From IMG/VR virus record IMGVR_UViG_3300041411_000129, positions 62,001-126,000 of that record: DNA of 64,000 nt; one strand, 5' to 3'. The notes below the pieces were generated by a model. That model did no database searches, had not been told where the DNA came from, and saw only the letters and a program-made list of their open reading frames with translations. The first letter of the stretch is position 1; every line of letters begins with the position of its first letter. Made by a program: the position numbers and the translations under genes. Of the stretch, positions 10,801-20,842 are shown one piece after another.

Positions 10801-13800
10801 CCAGACCTGAATCCTTTCTTAGGCCGACCCTTCTTCCCACGTTTACCATCGCCACCATCACCACCACCCAGATCAGAAAGATCTGCGGCATCTTCCAGCA
10901 AGCTTGACTCGCCGGCTTCTTCAGTGACTTCAGCAAGGTTATCGAACTTCTTGTCCATGTCCTTGTTCATGGTTTTGATGGCATCTACGATAGCTTCGCT
11001 ACCAGCACCACCCTTACCGGCCATCTTGCTTTCTTTCTCTTCCTTCCTACGCTTCAGGATGTCAGCCCACGAGTTGTCCCGGTCACCGTCACCATCAACG
11101 TCACCGTGAACACCTTCAGGATCAAGCTTCTTCTTCAGGAGGTTGAAGATCTGGCCTTGTACTTTCAGTTGTTCAACACCGATCTCGATAGAGGCAGCAG
11201 CCATCTCCTCATCGAGCATCCCGATACCGCCGTTCTTACCGAACCGCCCAGCCACGAACTTGTAAGCACCACCAACGACTTTGCCAATTCCTTTAGCAAC
11301 GCCTTTGTACATCTTGATAGCAAACTTACCGTACGCCAATGCAGCCTTAGCTGCGAGCTGTGCAGCTTTCACACCGACTTGAGCAAAGCCCTTACCGATG
11401 GTGAACAGTAGCGAACCATTACGAGTATAGAACGACTTGTACTTATCGATCTCTTCCTGAGAAACGATTTCGTTCATCTCGCCCTTCTCGGACATCTCAA
11501 AGACTGGGCCTTTGATTTCCTTGAGGGACATGATTGGGGAACCGTCAGCGTTACGGTACTTACCCTTCTTCATGAGGTTCGAGCGGATACGTGGTTCGGT
11601 GTCGCCTGGGAAGTAAGCATCGAACTGAGTGAATTGGTTGACGGCGAAGTTACTCGCCATCTTGATACCTTTCCACATCAAGCCGTACGTACCACCGATG
11701 TAAGCAGCGCCAAGTTTAGCAGCGATACCACCGGCCTTAGCTCCCAGCTTCAAACCGTAACTAGCGAGGGATTCACCTTTACCGTTGTAGAGCCCTTTTT
11801 CGAACTCTTCATTGGTAATGATTACGTTCCCTTCCCGGTCTTTAACTTCACCGGTAATGTCCTTGATGGACATGATGGTCTTCTGAGTCGCAACGTCGAA
11901 GTACCACCCCTTCTTAATGCCTTTCGCCAGCAGCGATGGTTCTTCATCACCCATGACGTGAACGTCAGATACACCAAGACCGCTGATGCCTTTGAACGGA
12001 AGCTTAGCTGCACCAAAGCCAGCCTTCGCACCGAACTTACCAACCTTCCACATCGCGCCGTAAGTACCCTTGATGTAACCGAGGATACCTTTACCAGCGA
12101 CGGCTGTAGCCTTAGCGCCATGAGCTGCGGCGTTACCGATGGAATAGTCTCTCCACCGACGCTTCTTCGGACCATCAGAAGGACCAGTACCACCATCACC
12201 TGGGACTTCAGTGTCGTCACCCATCGCACCGGACGCTTTGTGCGCCAAGTAATCGAGGAAGCCGTTAGCCGCGCCAGCAGCTGCTACTAATGCATCGAGG
12301 CGTTTGTGCGTCTCTTCATCAGAAGCTTTGAAGAGTTCTGGGAACTCAACGATTGCCTTGATGGACTCCGGCATTACGACGTTGGCTTGAACCTGCGCTG
12401 GAAGCGGAGGGGCGAGATCAGGACGGTTCTTCTTCGGACGATTCGAGCTGCTACTCTTACGTGGAGGACGAGGACCTTTACTGTCACCATCTTGATAAGC
12501 ACGAAGATCATCATCGTCTTCAAGGTCAACAGACCCTCGCTCACGAATCTGGCGCTTCTCTTCTTCAGCCTTCAGACGTTGCAGCTTCTCCTTAGCGGTT
12601 TCCTTCTTGTCCTCTTTCTTAACGATGTCGGTCTCATCACCAGCCAATAGCGCTTGGTAGAGTTCTTTCATCTGGATCGAGTCAGATTGGTTACCGTTAT
12701 ATCGAGTCAGCCCAAGCTCACGCCAAGTACGACGACCAGTGGCGGATGTAAGCTCGCCCATTGCCTTACCGAAGTCAGGCAAACTGTTCGATACGTCGAT
12801 GAACTTATCACGCACGTCGTTGTGGAACGACAGGTTATCCTGGTCACCGATGTGTTGCTTGGTTTCCTTATCCAGTTTGAACTTGTCATGGAAGAAGTCC
12901 ATGATTTCGCTCGCGACGGATGGATCTGTCTTATCCCACGTATTCTTCTCGACGTAACGCTCAGCCTTGAAGTCCATGCCTTCTTGAAGGTCGCCAGTCA
13001 ACTGCAAGCGCAGAGCACGACGGGCTTCGCCGGAAAGTTCACCTGCCCCCATCTCACCAAGGATCTCATCCACCATGCCACGTACGTTCGGCAAGTTTCC
13101 TTTAAGCGTGAGCTTGAGGTGCTGACTCTTTAGCGTGGAACGTGAAACCAAACTACCGGTGTAATGACTGAACGCAGTCTCTTCCTGATCCTGACCGGTC
13201 GCCATGGTTTTAACCCAGCGGTCGATGGAAGCCAAGTGAGCAGGGATGATCTCCACTACCGACTTGTGGAAGATGTTGTCGAACTGCGCAGGCTTATCGA
13301 GATCCATGATCCCGTTACCATTCACGGTACGAGCAGTCTCGTGCGTATCGATCAGGCCTTTAGCGCCCTCATGAAGTGCCCAATACTTGTTATCGTAATC
13401 CGTGTCAGACTTCGCGTAGTCGTTAATCCGCTGGAAGATCCCGCCGAACAATTGACGCAGAATGTTATCGCCAGCTTGTACGCCAGCCATCTTGCCCAAC
13501 TTAGGCTTGATCTTCTTCGCTGCCCAGTTACCAGCGTCTTCAGCTTTATCACCTACCCAGTCTGCTGTAAGAGAACCGAGGATGCTACCAGCCATCTGAG
13601 CGCGGTTAACGCCCATCTCGGAACCTTCATTCAACGACTGGTTAAACTGAAGACCTTGACCGAGCATATCGGAGGCATTCTGTTTGATCCCACCGAAGAA
13701 CTTCTTCGCAGATCCAGCAACACCCTGCATGGCAGCGCCAGCAAGACGTTGTTTCAATTGTTGCTCGACCAATTCGGTCGTTCTCATCTTCAGGAAGTCT

Positions 13801-14555
13801 GGCAAGCCAGTGTTCTTGAGGATGTCCTTCAGCAACATCTCACTCGTGTGATAGTGCTGTTGGTGAAGCTTTAAGGTACGGATACCGACGTCGAGTTGAC
13901 GATAGCCAATCTCGATGCTCTTCCGATGGTAGTTAACCAGAACAGTGTCCTGATAGCCAACCAGTCGACCGATACCTTTAGCTGTTGCTGTGGAGACTTT
14001 CATCTCCGCAGTAAAGCGTTTCTTCTCGCGAACGTCTTTTACAGCTTCGCGGTAATCGCCTTGCATCTGCTGCTTGGCTTGGAAACCAAGAAGCTTATCA
14101 ATGCCGTCGATGTTCTGAGTAAGTTCATCAGGACCTTCGTCGTGGCGGTACGGTTCGTCTGCTGCGTCAACGGCATCGCGGATGGACCCAGGAATCAATC
14201 TCCGAAGAGTTGGATTCATCCGGTCCATCTTTTGTTTTGATTTGATCAGGTAAGGATTCAGCTCGGAAGCGTTATCCTTCATGATGTCGGCAATCGTCGA
14301 GTCTAATGCATCGTATGCATCAAAGGCTTGGACGTAGCCTTTACCGACGACTTTCTTGATCATCCGCTTGATGAAGCCGGGATCGGTTAACTTCGATTTA
14401 ACGTTGGTCTTAAACGTGTCTTTGAAATGCTCGACAGGTTTGCGACTGTCTTTCATCGAGTCTTCGCCGAAATCCATATCGTCGAAGTTGAGATCATCGA
14501 AGTTCAAGTCGTCTAAGTCGTCCTTCCCTAAATCGAATTCGTCTTTCTTGGCCAT
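7824..14555 (-). CDS. tape-measure protein with C-terminal lytic transglycosylase (phiKZ gp181-like)
   Basis: 2243 aa; SLT motifs VESGFDP, GLYQFVKGTW and YAAHFLG near 8480-8950; hydrophobic Gly/Ala segment; divergent from the vRNAP genes as in phiKZ. Confidence 0.9.
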   Translation of the reverse strand: MAKKDEFDLGKDDLDDLNFDDLNFDDMDFGEDSMKDSRKPVEHFKDTFKTNVKSKLTDPGFIKRMIKKVVGKGYVQAFDAYDALDSTIADIMKDNASELNPYLIKSKQKMDRMNPTLRRLIPGSIRDAVDAADEPYRHDEGPDELTQNIDGIDKLLGFQAKQQMQGDYREAVKDVREKKRFTAEMKVSTATAKGIGRLVGYQDTVLVNYHRKSIEIGYRQLDVGIRTLKLHQQHYHTSEMLLKDILKNTGLPDFLKMRTTELVEQQLKQRLAGAAMQGVAGSAKKFFGGIKQNASDMLGQGLQFNQSLNEGSEMGVNRAQMAGSILGSLTADWVGDKAEDAGNWAAKKIKPKLGKMAGVQAGDNILRQLFGGIFQRINDYAKSDTDYDNKYWALHEGAKGLIDTHETARTVNGNGIMDLDKPAQFDNIFHKSVVEIIPAHLASIDRWVKTMATGQDQEETAFSHYTGSLVSRSTLKSQHLKLTLKGNLPNVRGMVDEILGEMGAGELSGEARRALRLQLTGDLQEGMDFKAERYVEKNTWDKTDPSVASEIMDFFHDKFKLDKETKQHIGDQDNLSFHNDVRDKFIDVSNSLPDFGKAMGELTSATGRRTWRELGLTRYNGNQSDSIQMKELYQALLAGDETDIVKKEDKKETAKEKLQRLKAEEEKRQIRERGSVDLEDDDDLRAYQDGDSKGPRPPRKSSSSNRPKKNRPDLAPPLPAQVQANVVMPESIKAIVEFPELFKASDEETHKRLDALVAAAGAANGFLDYLAHKASGAMGDDTEVPGDGGTGPSDGPKKRRWRDYSIGNAAAHGAKATAVAGKGILGYIKGTYGAMWKVGKFGAKAGFGAAKLPFKGISGLGVSDVHVMGDEEPSLLAKGIKKGWYFDVATQKTIMSIKDITGEVKDREGNVIITNEEFEKGLYNGKGESLASYGLKLGAKAGGIAAKLGAAYIGGTYGLMWKGIKMASNFAVNQFTQFDAYFPGDTEPRIRSNLMKKGKYRNADGSPIMSLKEIKGPVFEMSEKGEMNEIVSQEEIDKYKSFYTRNGSLLFTIGKGFAQVGVKAAQLAAKAALAYGKFAIKMYKGVAKGIGKVVGGAYKFVAGRFGKNGGIGMLDEEMAAASIEIGVEQLKVQGQIFNLLKKKLDPEGVHGDVDGDGDRDNSWADILKRRKEEKESKMAGKGGAGSEAIVDAIKTMNKDMDKKFDNLAEVTEEAGESSLLEDAADLSDLGGGDGGDGKRGKKGRPKKGFRSGRGVRGKIGNAASKVGRGLNKVPGVGAMGRAAGWLGRGAIAAAGMMPGMATIGAGASAVGGALMTGATAVGGALATAGSAVVGVLGMPLILGAVAVGGIAYLGYRYYKSSQAKKFPLLYLRMTQYGVAPTDEDRVKQVLALESLCKGAVTVTRDGKASMDPKAIDADAFLKLFPTKGPEEQHNLLSWIATRFRPVFLAHCTAMQSIRGTTDLVSADEGIGNGDLSAFLQIVDLANMQKVYDDTDTSPFDSDLDCDADDVEDAIKMVRDRKEQKAENKAAAVAGGIATGAAAQVAKNTTLGVAANGQAPNDIAKGLTIAPGVVGGFGAAAQVGNRVASAAKKNLDIPTAVRFKTYGLKEMSLDKAQQLQALEDIYWEAVQYSGTDKAMIGGNQEELAQKAMVIFKPADGQAYEDATRWLNYRFIPTFLQYCISSRRRFNGAAKDASRNLTGVLMKEVLQETVQTTTATMMSSVSVWSITNSPWVGYELETLPGSVTLYLDGIDTGDKSKVLNVDGMETQKRTSGQDYGTKLSNIAMGNTSANGNRGNIGVTGPTLSNMGKVFSGQQVAGGVAGQAPAGQGTGALLMSGKYGAEVVHPGGGTGGDINKLPNGSGKGWAAMGPIITAAAEMVGFDPKIAAAVAGVESGFDPNASSGIAHGLYQFVKGTWGDMMTKYGATYGIAPNTPITDPRANAILGMCYLKENYNGLSKTLGGKVTDVDLYAAHFLGLGGARRFLSAPRDASADQHASAAAIKNNASVFRDKGGRMRTVGETIAELDRRVDIGRKKAGQSSTTTQSGIAKDVGAADMAATATAATATPGTGGAAGANEPKEAEGPTSVGGAVAAAGGLTASANAAAAASSSAAGSGAAPSAIATGSTSAEAIAEIKGGNGAGTGAPAVTTPSPMIPQPSASAAAATASQQSAMKTQEAANVDLSGVMQKLLEVNQDSNTTLHGILAKLDNLGGGTPQAGAPTPPKAEPARRTPLDNTRANAVT

Positions 14556-14620
14556 AAATCCGTCTCTCTATAAGGGAGGCAATCGTTCATACAACTTTGT
14601 TTCTAAATGAGGTGAGCGTC

Positions 14621-16291
14621 TTGAAACCTGACATGCTACCCGCGTTGCTCTGGATTCTGCATGCCTCGGATGCAGACCTTAAGCACATCGCTCCAATTAC
14701 ACGACTTGACATCACCGAGGGCGCTACTAGCGACTTCCACGATGACGGTCTTTATTCCACTCGAATCTTCGGGATGGTTGGTTCTACCGAACGTGATGAG
14801 ATTTACGGCAAGATTGATCTTAAAGTAAACATCATCCACCCCAAGGTCTATCGTGACTTGGTAGGTCAGCGTGATCTGTACAAGACTATTCTTGACGGCA
14901 CCCGCATGGCTAAGTTCGACGAGGCTGAAGGTGACTTCGTTGCGAGCATTGACGAGGATGCTGAAACTGGCTTCTCGTTCTTCATGCGATACCTCGACAA
15001 AATCCAGCTGAAGACTAACAAATCTCCAGCGCGTAACGAGCGGATCAAGTTCCTTGAGAAGTGGCGTCACCGTTGGTTGATGAAGAACCTCATCGTTATG
15101 CCTGCTGGTTTGCGGGACGTGGAGATGGGTGAAGATGGTCGCGTGACTAAACACGAGATCAACGAGTATTACTTCAAAGCGATTTCCATCACCAACACGA
15201 TTACCCGCTCAAGCGACATGGAGTCGTCGGCGTACGATCAGGCACGTCTTTCCCTGACCTTGATCATCAACGAGCTGTACAAGTACCTGGAGCGCTTCCA
15301 GGGCGGTAAAGATGGCTTCCTTAAAGATAAGTGGGCATCCCGCCGGGTGCGTGAAGGTACTCGTAACGTATTGACCTCCATGAACACCACCGGTGTCAGT
15401 TTGGACTCCCCTAACGTACCGAGCTTTGACAGTACGGTGCTGGGTGTTTACCAGACAGCAGTGGGTCTTGCGCCGTTGGTCATACACTGGCTCCGCACAG
15501 GATTCCTGTCGAAGGTCATGGCGGCTGGTGAAGGTGACGTTTCTCTGATTGATCCGAAGACTCTCAAACGTACGTGGGTTTCCCTCTCGGCGTATGAGCG
15601 TGACCGCTGGATCACTGAAGATGGTCAACGCGATGTCATCAACCACTTGATCGATAACGAAGCTCGTGGTCGTCCTATCATGATCAACGGCTGCTATCTG
15701 TCGTTGGTTTATCTGGGCGAAGATACCTTCAAGGTGTTCGACTCCATCGATGAGCTGCCGGCGGGCTTTGATAAAGCCAATGTCCACCCAATGACGTTGA
15801 TCGAACTGATTTACCTCTGCGGCTATTCCAAGTGGAGCAAGTACTTCACGGACATCGTTCGTTATCCGGTTACCGGTGATGACTCGACTTATCCGTCTCG
15901 CATCTACGTTAAGTCCACATCCGTTGGCGAAGTTCGCTGGGAGCTGGATGAACATTGGGAGAAGCAGACTGGCGATGAGTTCATGGCCGTTGAGTATCCA
16001 AAGTTCGGCTTGACCACGTATCACGATTCTGAATCACCACACCCTAGCCGTCTTAGCGGCCTTGGCGCTGACTTTGACGGTGACACCGGTTCGTCCACCA
16101 AAGTCATGATGAAAGAATCGCTCGAAGAAACTGAGCGGTATCTCGGAACGCGAGCTGCATGGGTGAAGCCTTCTGGCGCTCCTCGTGCGTCTGTTGTTTA
16201 CGATACCTCCGAATTGGTCATACGTAACCTGACCAGTCGATTCAATCATGTCGTTCAGAACGCTGACACTATTCGTAAGTCGGTTGACTGA
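14621..16291 (+). CDS. virion RNA polymerase beta-prime-like catalytic subunit (phiKZ gp180-like)
   Basis: GLYSTRIFG, VMPAGLRD, RYP and catalytic GADFDGD (16064-16084); probable TTG start after GAGGTG. Confidence 0.92.
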   Translation: MKPDMLPALLWILHASDADLKHIAPITRLDITEGATSDFHDDGLYSTRIFGMVGSTERDEIYGKIDLKVNIIHPKVYRDLVGQRDLYKTILDGTRMAKFDEAEGDFVASIDEDAETGFSFFMRYLDKIQLKTNKSPARNERIKFLEKWRHRWLMKNLIVMPAGLRDVEMGEDGRVTKHEINEYYFKAISITNTITRSSDMESSAYDQARLSLTLIINELYKYLERFQGGKDGFLKDKWASRRVREGTRNVLTSMNTTGVSLDSPNVPSFDSTVLGVYQTAVGLAPLVIHWLRTGFLSKVMAAGEGDVSLIDPKTLKRTWVSLSAYERDRWITEDGQRDVINHLIDNEARGRPIMINGCYLSLVYLGEDTFKVFDSIDELPAGFDKANVHPMTLIELIYLCGYSKWSKYFTDIVRYPVTGDDSTYPSRIYVKSTSVGEVRWELDEHWEKQTGDEFMAVEYPKFGLTTYHDSESPHPSRLSGLGADFDGDTGSSTKVMMKESLEETERYLGTRAAWVKPSGAPRASVVYDTSELVIRNLTSRFNHVVQNADTIRKSVD

Positions 16292-16311
16292 TCCACGGGG
16301 ATATCTCAATC

Positions 16312-19300
16312 ATGTCTGAAATGTTAAATCAAGACGTTTATTACAGACAGTTTAGTTTGTGGCGGCAATCGGAGATCAATGCTCCTAAGTTGTATCCGAT
16401 TGCCAAACTCTGTCTGCCGAAGTTGGCGATCTTGCATTACGCCAATGTTGACGGTGTGTCCGTAGGTCCTCAAGCGTCTGACCAGATCTTTCTGACTCGT
16501 CAGGCACTCCTGTACATCGATCACATGCGTCGCTATGTCGATCCGATTGGGAACCCTGTGAAGACCCTCAGCAACATCGAGGGTATGATCACTGAGTACC
16601 GCCGTCGGAACCGTGCGTTTCGTCCTATGCGTAAGCTGGAGCGCTTAGAGACTGATAAACAGTCGCTGATCGTCTTCAACTATTCCATGTTGGCGCACAT
16701 CGTCAAGTATTCGGCATCATTCCGCGCTTCGTACTTCATGTGGTACAACATCTACCACGAAGTTATTCTGAACATGAACCATTTGGCAAAGGTTAGTAAC
16801 CGCCAACAATTCATCGAGATTGACCTCCCTGATGTCATCCCTCCTCTCGCTGCATTGCGTGAGTATCAGAGTAACCTCACCGCACAGACGCTGGCTAAGT
16901 TCCGCACACCTGAAGCTAAGCTCCTGGCTGACCTCTTCATGTGGGCTGGTCCTGAACGCTCCAAGAGTCTGTTCGGTAAACTGGAGTACGACAACCTCAG
17001 CAAAATCAACTTGATCGTTCGTCGTTTGAATGGCTGGGTGGTGATCAACCTCGGTTGGTTGGATTCGTTCCGTTCTGAGAAGAACCTTCCTGCGGACACA
17101 GATCCAAAGGAAAAGAAGCAGCGTGAGAAAGGTGAAGAACCAAAGACCTTTGCTCTGCGCTTCCTGAAGCTCATGACCACGATCCATCAAGGTACTACTC
17201 CTATCGCCACTGAAACTGGCGACGCTGTACTGGAAGAGCCTCTGGTTGAAGTTAACCCAGATGACGCGAAGATCGACTCGCAAGACTTCGACCTCGAAGA
17301 CGAGATGACCGCACTGGGTGATTCCAATCAGCTGATGGACGACGACGTTGAACTCTCCAAGCTTGAGAAAGAACTGGAAGAGCTCGACAAGCTGAAGGAC
17401 ATGTACGCCACTTCCGAACAAGTCGACGAAGAAGGTGACCTGATTGAACAGAAGGTTATCAACGTTGACCTCATGGCCCAGAAAGCAGGTGTCGCCAAAG
17501 AAGGCGAGGCAATGCTCAACAAGGCCGATGAGTTGTACGGCAAGGGGTTGCTTACCCAAGGTGAGTATCGTCGCTTAGAGCGCCTCTCAACCGTCTACGA
17601 GACACTCCCTAACCCCTACGGTGGTGAAGGTAGCTTCGTTGACGCGATGAAGATCACTCGTGAAGATGTTTTGGTCGATCCTAAAGAGTTGACCAACGAT
17701 TCCGTGGTGACCGATAAGTCGCTGGCATTTAGCCGTGTGGATGCTGTTGATCAGAAGTACATCAAGTCTGTACTGAAGAAAGACATCATGCGTGCTGTGT
17801 CTTCGATGCAGAAGGGCGCCGTAGCGATTACGAGTTACGTGGTTGATCGTAAGATCGATGCCGTGAACGATCGTGAGATGCACATCGTCAAGTTTGCGCC
17901 GGCTGTGGGTGTTCCTTCCACGGTTAAGTTCGAGCTTCCGACTATTCGTGAAGATGGCACGTTCCTGTATAACGGTACTGAATACCGCATGCGGAAACAG
18001 CGTTCCGACTTGCCGATCCGTAAGGTAGGTCCTAACCGAGTGGCGCTCTCCAGCTACTACTCGAAGATCTTCGTTGAACGGTCGAACCGTAAGAAGTTCG
18101 ATTACGGCAAATGGCTGTTGGGTCAACTGACTGTTAAATGTCTTGATCCAGACGATCCGCACATCAGCAACGCTGTACTGTCTGATGCAACCAACTTCAA
18201 AGCTGACGTACCGATGGTCTACTCGACTATCGCCGGTAGCATTGCTGGATTCACGGTTGATAAGCTGGATCTGTACTTCGATTACAAACACCGGATCAAG
18301 AAGTTCAACTACACCAAGGAAGAACTGTCGCTCGAGAAAGGCGGCTACGTTCTCTGTGGTCGTTCCAAGATGGGTCCGCTGGTCATGGCGCCTAACGGCA
18401 TGATCTACGTTCATTGGAAGAATGAGCTGCAAGACCTGGGTACGGTTGAGTCTCTGTGCGGTATCGAGATTGGTCCTGATTCGACGCCGATGTACATGGC
18501 TGAGATGAAGATCTACTCGAAGACCATTCCGGTAGGCTTTGCACTGGCTTACCTGTTGGGTATCGACGAACTGCTGAAAGTGCTTAACGTCGTTCCACGA
18601 CGCGCATTGGTTGGCGAACGTCTGAACCTTCAGGCTGATGAGTACGCAATCCGCTTTAAGAACGAATCGCTGATCTTCAAGCGCAGCGACGTAATGGCGG
18701 GTATGTTGCTCAGTGGCTTTAACCTTTACCATTCCGTCATCCGGAACTACGACATTGAACTGTTTAACGACAGGGATGTGTACGCTGCTGTACTTGAGCG
18801 TAGTGGTGTAGGTTCGCGCTATGTTCGTGAGTTGGATGCGTTGAACACTTTGTTCATCGACCCGATTACTCAGGACCTGCTCGAATGGATGAAAGAACCT
18901 ACGACCTTTACTGGTCTTCTGGTTCGTGCTACAGAGATGCTCCAAACCAACATGGTGCGTGTGCGCCGTGAAGATAAGGATCGTCTGGTAGAAGGTCTGG
19001 AAAGGGTTCGTGGTTACGAACGTGTGGCGGGTGTGGTTTACGAGACACTCTCGAAGGCTATCCGTTCTTACACTACTCGTTCGGCTACTGGCCGGGCATC
19101 TGTGGTGGTTAACCCGAACGACACCATCAACGCGCTGGTGCAAGATCCAACCACATCTCCAGTAAACAACATCAACCCGATCCACAGTCTGCGGGAACGG
19201 GAAGTTATCACCTTTGGTGGTCGTGGTGGTCGTAGCCGTCGTGCGATGGTTGCAAACACCCGTCTGTTTACTGATGAAGACATGGGCTTTATCTCGGAAG

Positions 19301-20586
19301 GTACGGTTGACTCCGGTGACGTGGCAATCATCACCTATCTGTCTCCGAACTCCAACCTGACCTCTGTACGTGGTACGGTTCGGATGTACGACGCAGAACG
19401 GGATGGTGCATCTGCATTGTTCTCTACCGCAGGCTTGCTCAGTTTCGGTGCGGACGGCGATGACCCTAAACGTCTGAACTTCATTCAAGTACAACACGGT
19501 CACGGTATCATGACTGTGGGGTCGGAAGTTCAAGGCGCTCGTACCGGCATGGAGCGAGTTATCGCTTCTCGGATGAGTCCTGAGTTTGCTGTTACCGCGA
19601 AGCAAGATGGCGAGGTTACTGAGATCGCCGCTGATGCAATCACCGTTACCATGAAGGACGGTACTACTGCTAAGTATCCGCTTGGATTGGTTCACACGAC
19701 TGCCGAAGGTTCTGTCTATCCGAACACCATCGCCACTACCCTTAAGGTTGGTGAGAAGGTCAAGGAGTTCGACGTCATTACCTACAACCAAGGCTTCTTC
19801 AAACCAAGCCTGTTGGACAAGCGTCGCGTTGACTACATGAACGGTTGCATTGGTCGCATCGCACTTCGTGAAGCCACGTATACCGTAGAAGACAGTAGCT
19901 CCATCTCTGTTGATTTCGCCAAACGTATGGGTACTTACGTTAGTAAGCTCAAGACGATTGTAGTCGACTTCCATGACGGCATTAGTGGGTTGGTTAAGGT
20001 GGGTGATAAGACTGACCTTGACACAATTCTATGCACGATTGAAGGCGCGGTTTCGTCTGCTGCCGGGCTTTATGACGACGCTACGCGGGAGACACTCCGT
20101 AACTGGGCAGCGATGACGCCTAAGGCTAAGGCCGTGGGTGAGGTTGCCAAGGTCGAGGTCTTTTACAACGGTGAGATCGACTCGATGTCCGACAGCCTGA
20201 TGGAAATCGTGGCTGATTCGGAGAAAGAGCGCAAACGCTCTGCCAAACGTCTGGGTAAGGAATACGTTCCTGCTCGCGTAGGACGCAACGTTCGTATCGA
20301 CGGACACACGCTTGAAGACCGTCAGGCAATCATCATGATTTACATCACCACCCCGGTGGGAATGGGCATCGGCGATAAGCTGGTAATTGCCAACCAGATG
20401 AAGTCTACAGTCGGTGAAATCCTCATCGGTAGCAACCGGACACTTGAGGGTGAGTTCATCGACGCGATCTTCGGTGCCAAGTCGGTTATTGACCGGATCG
20501 TAACAAGTCCGTTCGATATCGGAACGACCAATACCGTCCTGCGGTTTATCGGTGAAGAAGCATACGCCGATTACTTTGGCGAGTAA
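16312..20586 (+). CDS. virion RNA polymerase beta-like subunit, large N-terminal part (phiKZ gp178-like)
   Basis: 1424 aa; GTFLYNG, EGTVDSGDV, EDSSSIS and GDKLVIANQMKST (equivalent to RpoB GDKxxxRHGxKG). Confidence 0.92.
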   Translation: MSEMLNQDVYYRQFSLWRQSEINAPKLYPIAKLCLPKLAILHYANVDGVSVGPQASDQIFLTRQALLYIDHMRRYVDPIGNPVKTLSNIEGMITEYRRRNRAFRPMRKLERLETDKQSLIVFNYSMLAHIVKYSASFRASYFMWYNIYHEVILNMNHLAKVSNRQQFIEIDLPDVIPPLAALREYQSNLTAQTLAKFRTPEAKLLADLFMWAGPERSKSLFGKLEYDNLSKINLIVRRLNGWVVINLGWLDSFRSEKNLPADTDPKEKKQREKGEEPKTFALRFLKLMTTIHQGTTPIATETGDAVLEEPLVEVNPDDAKIDSQDFDLEDEMTALGDSNQLMDDDVELSKLEKELEELDKLKDMYATSEQVDEEGDLIEQKVINVDLMAQKAGVAKEGEAMLNKADELYGKGLLTQGEYRRLERLSTVYETLPNPYGGEGSFVDAMKITREDVLVDPKELTNDSVVTDKSLAFSRVDAVDQKYIKSVLKKDIMRAVSSMQKGAVAITSYVVDRKIDAVNDREMHIVKFAPAVGVPSTVKFELPTIREDGTFLYNGTEYRMRKQRSDLPIRKVGPNRVALSSYYSKIFVERSNRKKFDYGKWLLGQLTVKCLDPDDPHISNAVLSDATNFKADVPMVYSTIAGSIAGFTVDKLDLYFDYKHRIKKFNYTKEELSLEKGGYVLCGRSKMGPLVMAPNGMIYVHWKNELQDLGTVESLCGIEIGPDSTPMYMAEMKIYSKTIPVGFALAYLLGIDELLKVLNVVPRRALVGERLNLQADEYAIRFKNESLIFKRSDVMAGMLLSGFNLYHSVIRNYDIELFNDRDVYAAVLERSGVGSRYVRELDALNTLFIDPITQDLLEWMKEPTTFTGLLVRATEMLQTNMVRVRREDKDRLVEGLERVRGYERVAGVVYETLSKAIRSYTTRSATGRASVVVNPNDTINALVQDPTTSPVNNINPIHSLREREVITFGGRGGRSRRAMVANTRLFTDEDMGFISEGTVDSGDVAIITYLSPNSNLTSVRGTVRMYDAERDGASALFSTAGLLSFGADGDDPKRLNFIQVQHGHGIMTVGSEVQGARTGMERVIASRMSPEFAVTAKQDGEVTEIAADAITVTMKDGTTAKYPLGLVHTTAEGSVYPNTIATTLKVGEKVKEFDVITYNQGFFKPSLLDKRRVDYMNGCIGRIALREATYTVEDSSSISVDFAKRMGTYVSKLKTIVVDFHDGISGLVKVGDKTDLDTILCTIEGAVSSAAGLYDDATRETLRNWAAMTPKAKAVGEVAKVEVFYNGEIDSMSDSLMEIVADSEKERKRSAKRLGKEYVPARVGRNVRIDGHTLEDRQAIIMIYITTPVGMGIGDKLVIANQMKSTVGEILIGSNRTLEGEFIDAIFGAKSVIDRIVTSPFDIGTTNTVLRFIGEEAYADYFGE

Positions 20587-20597
20587 ATAAAAGCACA

Positions 20598-20621
20598 CCA
20601 CTCCCGGAAGACCGGGAGTGG
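20598..20621 (+). terminator. hairpin, terminator or processing site
   Basis: Perfect 10-bp stem CCACTCCCGG-AAGA-CCGGGAGTGG. Confidence 0.65.
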
Positions 20622-20650
20622 CTGTATGTATATAGTCGAGGTATTTCCTG

Positions 20651-20842
20651 ATGTCTCCCAACGAAATTAAGAATTTGCCGATTCTGGCAACCGCCATCCA
20701 ATTGATCGGCGATGTCGCGCTGAACGTTATCGGCAACGACGTTGCTGCTGAAGTTGACGGCGTGAAGATCACCCAGTCCTCGGTCAAAGTTCTGGCCGTT
20801 GCCTCCCTGAACAAAGTACTGAGCGAGAAATGCCATGCTTGA
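20651..20842 (+). CDS. small hypothetical protein
   Basis: GAGGT RBS; overlaps the next start; optimised codons. Confidence 0.7.
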   Translation: MSPNEIKNLPILATAIQLIGDVALNVIGNDVAAEVDGVKITQSSVKVLAVASLNKVLSEKCHA

